From positions 1 through 63,264 of the IMG/VR virus record IMGVR_UViG_3300036770_000545: a stretch of DNA of 63,264 nucleotides; one strand, written 5' to 3'. Made by a program: the position numbers and the translations under genes. This DNA is from a virus (lineage: Duplodnaviria > Caudoviricetes). Below are positions 58,052 to 63,264 of the stretch, one piece after another. The number at the start of each line of letters is the position of its first letter. Positions within the stretch are counted from its first letter, which is position 1. The notes below the pieces were generated by a model. That model ran no database searches and was not told the origin of the DNA. It saw nothing but the letters and a program-made list of their open reading frames with translations.

Positions 58052-58776
58052 TACATGCCTCCACCACCAATAAACGACTGACGGGGGGCAAGCCTCAGGG
58101 AAGCCTTCTCACGGTCCTCACTCGACGCTAGGGCCCACTGCTCTTCGTAGGACATCTTGAGCATCTCGACCCGTGGGAGCGCCTCTGGGAGCTTCATAGA
58201 CAGGTAATAAGCCAATCCTGCCACTAAGCAGGTCAGCATACGGAAAGGAATGTCCTGGGTGTTTATACCACCACCAGCGTCTTGAATTCTACGCAGACGC
58301 CAGTAGACAAAGGTGTAGAAGTTGTCCTGATCTGGCGTGGGCCAAACGTTAATTGTCGGGTAGTTAACCCCAGTAACAGGGTCTGTAGCGCCCGATTGCC
58401 TGTTTACCCACACCTGAATCGGCCTACCCTGAGCGTTCTTGTTTGGGATCGTAGAGTAGGTAGAAACACTAATACGGCTGATGTTGATGTCCGTCTGTTC
58501 CACACCAGTCTGAGTGCGTATGACCATGTCAAGCAGGTCAATCGTGTCTACCGGGAGGTTGTAAACAATCTGCCCCTGAACCATGGGGATTGACCCCTGC
58601 TCAATTGTCCACAGATTGATACCCCTGTTAGCCCACTCAACAGTCAATAGATTCAAAGACCGACGAGCAGTACGAAAGTCGTATCCAGTACGAAGCTCTA
58701 ACCCGCACCTCTCGAAGGCTTCTTCGATAATGTCGTTGAGGTCTAGGTTAAATGCCTGGGTGCCGGAGGTGGTCAT
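58051..58776 (-). CDS. Head-tail adaptor / tail tubular protein A-like
   Basis: IIEEAFERCG, ARRSLNL...WANRG.NLW, GRP, WPTPD, AGLAYYL. Confidence 0.75.
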   Translation of the reverse strand: MTTSGTQAFNLDLNDIIEEAFERCGLELRTGYDFRTARRSLNLLTVEWANRGINLWTIEQGSIPMVQGQIVYNLPVDTIDLLDMVIRTQTGVEQTDINISRISVSTYSTIPNKNAQGRPIQVWVNRQSGATDPVTGVNYPTINVWPTPDQDNFYTFVYWRLRRIQDAGGGINTQDIPFRMLTCLVAGLAYYLSMKLPEALPRVEMLKMSYEEQWALASSEDREKASLRLAPRQSFIGGGGM

Positions 58777-58946
58777 TTCATGCCTTTGAGAGTTTTAGCC
58801 AAACGAGCACGCTGACCCAGTTTCCCAGGGGCTTTGGCAGCTTTATCAAGCATCTTTGCTGGAATAGGCTTTTTACCCTTGATTCCAAGCTGCTCACGCA
58901 GAGCACCGGGCTTCTTTACTGCCTTTTGGATCCACTTTTCAGCCAT
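58773..58946 (-). CDS. Small basic protein
   Basis: MAEKWIQKAVKKPGALREQLG...RARLAKTL. Confidence 0.7.
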   Translation of the reverse strand: MAEKWIQKAVKKPGALREQLGIKGKKPIPAKMLDKAAKAPGKLGQRARLAKTLKGMK

Positions 58947-58947
58947 T

Positions 58948-59361
58948 TCAAACCACCTTTCCGCGAGTCTTGCCGCGTTTTGCACACCCATCAGCACGTT
59001 TAGAGGCTGAAGCTACTTTACCGCCTTTTTTCATGGTTGCTGGCGGCATCAAATTCAAAACCCTTTTGTAGTTTTCGTCCGCTTCCAACTTTGCTTGTGC
59101 TGCTTTTGCGTCTTCTTTATTAAGTCTTGATAGAAATTTGTTTACTACTGCTCCCATTGCAGCAGGTTTTGGAGGCTCTACTGTTTTTACAACCCCATTA
59201 TTAAAACCGTCGAGTTTCCCTTCCTTAAGCCCTTTAATCTTGCCTGCAAGACCCCGCAAAGGAGTATTGCTTTCCATTTGAACGTTAGCAGTTTCAGGCT
59301 CTGATTTGGGAAACTTCTTTGAAAGTCGACTGATTTGACTGATAATTGGTTTAAGACTCAT
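58948..59361 (-). CDS. Basic protein with MKKGG and ADGCAKRGKTRG motifs
   Basis: Shares C-terminal motif with 59993 and 60415 ORFs. Confidence 0.7.
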   Translation of the reverse strand: MSLKPIISQISRLSKKFPKSEPETANVQMESNTPLRGLAGKIKGLKEGKLDGFNNGVVKTVEPPKPAAMGAVVNKFLSRLNKEDAKAAQAKLEADENYKRVLNLMPPATMKKGGKVASASKRADGCAKRGKTRGKVV

Positions 59362-59612
59362 TATCTGTGCCTCGCTGTCTTCTTAGCAATTCCGGTAGGC
59401 TGTTTGACGAACTGCTTACCCGCTGCCTTTCCTGCTCGTTTTGCTCTTGTTGTTGCTGCGTATTCAGAAGGTGACAAAGCCTTGATAGCCTTCTCTGGGA
59501 GATACCTCTCGCCTGTTGCAGATGGACCTTGAGTTGACGGTTTACCACTTTTTGTACGCCATTTCTGAGCGGTCCAGTCTTTTAAGCTCTGTTGAGGCTT
59601 CTTTAGTGGCAT
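59361..59612 (-). CDS. Basic protein, DUF5872-like C-terminal half
   Basis: SLKDWT.QKWRTK, ERYLPEKAI..LS..EYAAT..AK. Confidence 0.65.
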   Translation of the reverse strand: MPLKKPQQSLKDWTAQKWRTKSGKPSTQGPSATGERYLPEKAIKALSPSEYAATTRAKRAGKAAGKQFVKQPTGIAKKTARHR

Positions 59613-59711
59613 GATTCTCAACCCTCTTTAACTCTCGATACGCCTGCGCTGCACCTAACACCCACTTAAAAACATTCCCGTCCTTAAACGGGTTGTACGT
59701 CGGTTTGCGGA

Positions 59712-59996
59712 TCACGATTTATAACCGCCCCCGGACTTCTTGTACTGCTGAGCCAGCATCTGTGCCTTGCGGGCGCTCCACTGGCCTGGGTTGCCACCTT
59801 TTCCTCCAGCCTTGATCTTCTCGAACAGGCTCTTTCGCATCCCAGGCTTTGTGTACACACCAGCTTCATTCACGCGAGACTTAACCTTTCCACCCTCTTT
59901 ATACATGGTGAACTCATCGCCATCCTTGCGGACAGCGGTTTCGCCTTTGGGCATCTTGGAGGCGCGAATCGCGCCCATCCCGCGTGAGGGCATCAT
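59712..59996 (-). CDS. Basic protein, DUF5872-like N-terminal half
   Basis: YTKP..RK, KGG.PGQWSARKAQ.LAQQYKK.GGGY. Confidence 0.65.
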   Translation of the reverse strand: MMPSRGMGAIRASKMPKGETAVRKDGDEFTMYKEGGKVKSRVNEAGVYTKPGMRKSLFEKIKAGGKGGNPGQWSARKAQMLAQQYKKSGGGYKS

Positions 59997-60415
59997 TTAC
60001 ACATACCGCCTTTACGCATCATCACGCCTTTGGTCTTGCCTTTCATGGCAACACCGTCAGCACGACTAGAAGCAGAACCCATGCTGGGTTTAGCAGTCTT
60101 GACCTTGCCCATCTTGGAAGGCATCTCAGCTTTTGTCAGTTTAGCCATGCCACCTTTAGCCATCTTGACTTCTTTGACGATGCGCTTCTTCTCGTCAGCA
60201 AGATTCTTTTTGCCTTTGGAGGTGTAAGCCTTTTCAGAATCAACACGACCAAGCTCTTCAAGGCGGTTCATACGTTTTGTGTTTGGCATTTTTCTACCCT
60301 TTTCGTTAGTAAACTCACGCCCCACAGACTGCGGGACACCTACCTTCTTGGCAAACTTTGGATTGTTTGCCACTGCCTGCATAAACCGCTCTTGCTTTTC
60401 AGACTTAGCGGGCAT
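59993..60415 (-). CDS. Basic protein with xxGG and ADG motifs
   Basis: MPAKSEKQERFMQAVANNPKFAKKVGVPQSVGREF; may have an internal start at MPNTK. Confidence 0.7.
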   Translation of the reverse strand: MPAKSEKQERFMQAVANNPKFAKKVGVPQSVGREFTNEKGRKMPNTKRMNRLEELGRVDSEKAYTSKGKKNLADEKKRIVKEVKMAKGGMAKLTKAEMPSKMGKVKTAKPSMGSASSRADGVAMKGKTKGVMMRKGGMCK

Positions 60416-60786
60416 TACACCATCATTCCACGGGTTTTACCGCGCTTGGCGCAACCGTCAGCAGCCTTAACATAGCCACCGCTCTTCATGCCGTGCATAG
60501 CCTTCTCGTGCTTCTTAACAGCCGCACCAGCAACCTTTTGCATATCAGCCTTGGCCATGCCACGGCCAACCTTTTTCATTTCAGTGTTCTCGTTCACGGA
60601 ACCTCCTTTAGCTTTTTTAACAGGTTTTTTGTCGTCTTTGTACTCATCTTCCTGGGTAAAACCAACCTTGTCGCCAAGTTCGCTAGCCTTCAGTGCGCCA
60701 GTTTTCATCAGCTTCTTGATACCCATGAAGTCGTCTTCGATCTCGGTTTCACGGATCTTTTTAGTCCGGGTTGATTCATTAGCCAT
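60415..60786 (-). CDS. Basic protein with xxGG and ADG motifs
   Basis: KAKGGSV, MKSGGYV, ADGCAKRGKTRG. Confidence 0.7.
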   Translation of the reverse strand: MANESTRTKKIRETEIEDDFMGIKKLMKTGALKASELGDKVGFTQEDEYKDDKKPVKKAKGGSVNENTEMKKVGRGMAKADMQKVAGAAVKKHEKAMHGMKSGGYVKAADGCAKRGKTRGMMV

Positions 60787-60788
60787 CT

Positions 60789-61034
60789 TTATCTCCGTTG
60801 TGCGAGGGAATCAATTTTCTTCTCAAGCCGGTCAAAGCCGCTGTCAAAGTGCTCACGAATTTTTTCCAAATCCTGCCTAACTTCTGCACGAGTGATGTGG
60901 TCACGAGCCACCTCCTCTCTAGTCCTGTTCAACAGAATACTGAGACGTTGAAGCTCATCGAACTTGCCCTTAAGCATGAACACCATGACCCCCACAATTG
61001 CGCTCAGCACGACGTTCCACAGCATCATCTCCAT
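60789..61034 (-). CDS. Small membrane-anchored coiled-coil protein
   Basis: N-terminal TM segment, LLNRTREEVAR. Confidence 0.7.
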   Translation of the reverse strand: MEMMLWNVVLSAIVGVMVFMLKGKFDELQRLSILLNRTREEVARDHITRAEVRQDLEKIREHFDSGFDRLEKKIDSLAQRR

Positions 61035-61331
61035 TTACCATTTCACCTTATCTGCCCAATAAGCGGCGCTCATCTTGCCCTTGGCGATGTTTTTCGCATG
61101 GCGGGCCTTAAAAGACTTACGCTTGGCCTTCATAGTGTCCGACTCGCCAGCTTTTGGCTTGCCAGCCGTACCAGAGACGGTTCCAACCTTTTTACCCTGC
61201 TCACCAAATCTAATGATCTTTTCACGACCACTTTCACACGCCTTAACCACGTGAGATTTTTTAGGGTGCGAAGGTGTGGCCTTAGGCTTGTTGCAAGGCA
61301 TCGACTTCTTAGAAAGGGGTTTGGTAGCCAT
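61035..61331 (-). CDS. Small basic protein
   Basis: KIIRFG, RKSFKARH, SAAYWADKVKW. Confidence 0.7.
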   Translation of the reverse strand: MATKPLSKKSMPCNKPKATPSHPKKSHVVKACESGREKIIRFGEQGKKVGTVSGTAGKPKAGESDTMKAKRKSFKARHAKNIAKGKMSAAYWADKVKW

Positions 61332-62080
61332 TACGCTGCCTCTTTGTCTACGGTTCCAACCACGCCTTGCAGACGGGGATAGAGCCAATCCTCACCAAAA
61401 GAACCTTCGAATTCTTCAACGCCCATGTGCCCAAGTTTGATGGTCGGGTCAATCCAAACCTCAAACCCAAGCTCCCGAGCCCGATCACAGAATAAATAGT
61501 CCTCACCAATGTATCCGTCTGGGGTGGATTTGAAGTCAAAAAACGACTTCATGACGCTCTGAGTGTTATGGTCGAAGTACTCCAAGTCCTTCATTTCTTC
61601 GTCCATACGAGTAAAGACTTCACGCCGCACCATCATAAATGCAGTCGCTACACGTTTAGCACGCACTAGACCCATCTTATCCATAACGATATTGGTGTCA
61701 GCGTCTTGATCGAGGGTAGAGATAAAAATCTTACCCTTCTTACGAGCTACGGGAATACCGGCAACGATGCCTTTTTTAGGGTCTGAGGTCCAAGCCATCA
61801 AGCGGAAGATGTCATCTGCCTTAAAGTTGATGTCCGAATCAATGAACATCAAATCTGTGCAGTCAGACGCCAGCATCTCTTTAGCTAGGATATTCCGTGC
61901 ACGCGACACCACAGAGCATCCGCAGATACTATTGATCTGGAACTGAACTCCATGGTGCGGTGCGGCAGTAGCAAACTCCACAAGCGAAGTTGCCAGTTTC
62001 AGCGAAACCTTAAAGTCATACGAGGGCAAAGCAAACAGAATCTTGCGCCCTGCAATCTCGTATGATGCTTCGTTTTTCAT
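61331..62080 (-). CDS. Glycosyltransferase (GT-A, GT2-like)
   Basis: SRARN, FIDSDI (DxD), TAFMMVRREVF, GEDYLFC, LGH.G. Confidence 0.85.
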   Translation of the reverse strand: MKNEASYEIAGRKILFALPSYDFKVSLKLATSLVEFATAAPHHGVQFQINSICGCSVVSRARNILAKEMLASDCTDLMFIDSDINFKADDIFRLMAWTSDPKKGIVAGIPVARKKGKIFISTLDQDADTNIVMDKMGLVRAKRVATAFMMVRREVFTRMDEEMKDLEYFDHNTQSVMKSFFDFKSTPDGYIGEDYLFCDRARELGFEVWIDPTIKLGHMGVEEFEGSFGEDWLYPRLQGVVGTVDKEAA

Positions 62081-62083
62081 GGC

Positions 62084-62560
62084 TTACCCGTAGTAGACGG
62101 TTGCTGGGACGCTATTCTCTAAGTAAACACGAACGCCGTTTTCAGCCAAAATGCCCTCGCCAGGGATGATATTGAACACATCATTCCCAGTAGACACCGT
62201 GGTGATAACCAGCACATCGTTGTAAACCGTGACGCTTCCAGAAGCTGCCCCAGTATTAGCCACAGTAACCGTAAAGGTGTTTGCGTCCGTAACCGTAGCA
62301 ACTGTGTAGAAGTCGTCTGTTAGATCCCAATCAAGGAACACAGAGTCACCAACCGCCAAGCCATGCTTGACCGCAGTCACCGTAGCCGTCGTAGTTACCC
62401 GTGCGTATGTACCAGCAATTGAGGAGTTGTCGTACATCCCAACCGTACCCGCACTACTTGTTGCGGCGCCAAAAAAGAACGCCTTGACGCGAGTACGGAA
62501 GGGAATGAGCAACCCCGATGCTGTCGCATATTTCGACTTAACGTCGTATTGCATACCCAT
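62084..62560 (-). CDS. Virion-module protein
   Basis: MQYDVKS start, IPGEGIL..GV end, Thr/Val-rich insert. Confidence 0.7.
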   Translation of the reverse strand: MGMQYDVKSKYATASGLLIPFRTRVKAFFFGAATSSAGTVGMYDNSSIAGTYARVTTTATVTAVKHGLAVGDSVFLDWDLTDDFYTVATVTDANTFTVTVANTGAASGSVTVYNDVLVITTVSTGNDVFNIIPGEGILAENGVRVYLENSVPATVYYG

Positions 62561-62573
62561 GGGGGCCTCCTAA

Positions 62574-63113
62574 TTACGAATCAGCAAACGGAGTAGCGGG
62601 GGATCCTGTGCAGTTCACAACGCCTTGAACCATGTACTTGGCGCTCGACAGAGCCGTGATCTGGACGTAAGACCCAGCCACACCACCCGTTGTACCACCG
62701 TTGAGGTTGATCGCATCGTTGGTAGCAGCAGGAGCAAAGCCAGCCATGGCACCAGAAGAGTCGGTGTCGATTGTCAAGATGGAACCCGTGAACTTGTCAG
62801 TACCGTCCGTCACAATCTTCAGGCTGCTCGTAGCAACCGTCGTGGGCACGAAGAACGTAAAGACAGCGCCTTGGTTGTTGGGGTTGTTGGGATCTTGACC
62901 GGGACCAGCCGAAGTGGGCGTAGCCGTGGTATTGATTGCGGGGAGAGTCAGAACCAAGTTGGAAGCAAGGGTGCCACCAGCGGTAATGATTTTGCCAGCG
63001 TGCGCTGCAACAGTGAGCGACGTATTGGCAGTGATGTTAACGACGTTGTCGGGGCCTTGCGTGATAAAGCCGTTCAGCGACCGGACTGGCCCCTGGAATG
63101 TGGTCTGCGCCAT
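62574..63113 (-). CDS. Virion protein following the major capsid gene
   Basis: MAQTTFQGPVRS.NGF, AHAGKII, TLPAI, NGGTTGG, ATPFADS; GAAAGG SD. Confidence 0.8.
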   Translation of the reverse strand: MAQTTFQGPVRSLNGFITQGPDNVVNITANTSLTVAAHAGKIITAGGTLASNLVLTLPAINTTATPTSAGPGQDPNNPNNQGAVFTFFVPTTVATSSLKIVTDGTDKFTGSILTIDTDSSGAMAGFAPAATNDAINLNGGTTGGVAGSYVQITALSSAKYMVQGVVNCTGSPATPFADS

Positions 63114-63119
63114 GGTAAA

Positions 63120-63197
63120 CCTTTCGTGTAGTAGCACATTCCTCGCACCGTCTCTACTAAGTCTGCCGAGCCAGTCGATGCGAGTAGAACTCTCGGA
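63120..63197 (-). ncRNA. Structured RNA / 5' leader with double pseudoknot (allele 2)
   Basis: Stems CCGAG/CUCGG, CUCGCAU/GUGCGAG, UAGUAG/CUACUA; TTGACA-17 nt-TAAAAA just upstream. Confidence 0.75.
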
Positions 63198-63264
63198 TCT
63201 GACACCTTTTTATCAGGTTGTTTGTGGGGTGTCAAGCTTTGCTCGGATTAACGCGAGATCATTT

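Noticed and set aside
1-63264. tRNA genes, integrase, DNA methyltransferase, RNA polymerase, alternative genetic code
   Set aside because: None recognised by eye; long genes are intact under the standard code. tRNAscan and HMM searches would be needed to be certain

Overview
The window is an essentially complete, circularly permuted ~63 kb genome of a tailed dsDNA phage with podovirus-like architecture; a Gram-negative, probably proteobacterial, host is inferred. The + strand arm (about 9.0-32.7 kb) carries early genes (MoxR-type AAA ATPase, metallopeptidase-VWA partner, RHH protein) and replication genes (family A DNA polymerase, VRR-NUC, PD-(D/E)XK nuclease, SNF2 helicase, SSB-like protein, primase-helicase). 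The - strand arm runs from 8.5 kb leftward through the contig join to 32.8 kb: terminase, portal, GroES-like protein, scaffold, major capsid, small basic proteins, adaptors, fibres, three glycosyltransferase-like genes, lysis genes, nozzle and ejection proteins. I found no integrase, tRNA, CRISPR array, reverse transcriptase or DNA methyltransferase. Main unexplained signals: (1) 19 perfect copies of the 13-bp palindrome CTAACANTGTTAG confined to 8.9-18.8 kb, many inside coding sequence; the same interval has no GATC and ends with an RHH gene and an unannotated secreted Cys-rich micropeptide. (2) A double-pseudoknot RNA downstream of the capsid gene, supported by compensatory changes between two alleles at the two contig ends. 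(3) Two further small-RNA candidates. (4) A shared hydrophobic-x-x-G-G motif in putative capsid-internal proteins. All functional calls come from motif recognition by eye, not database searches.
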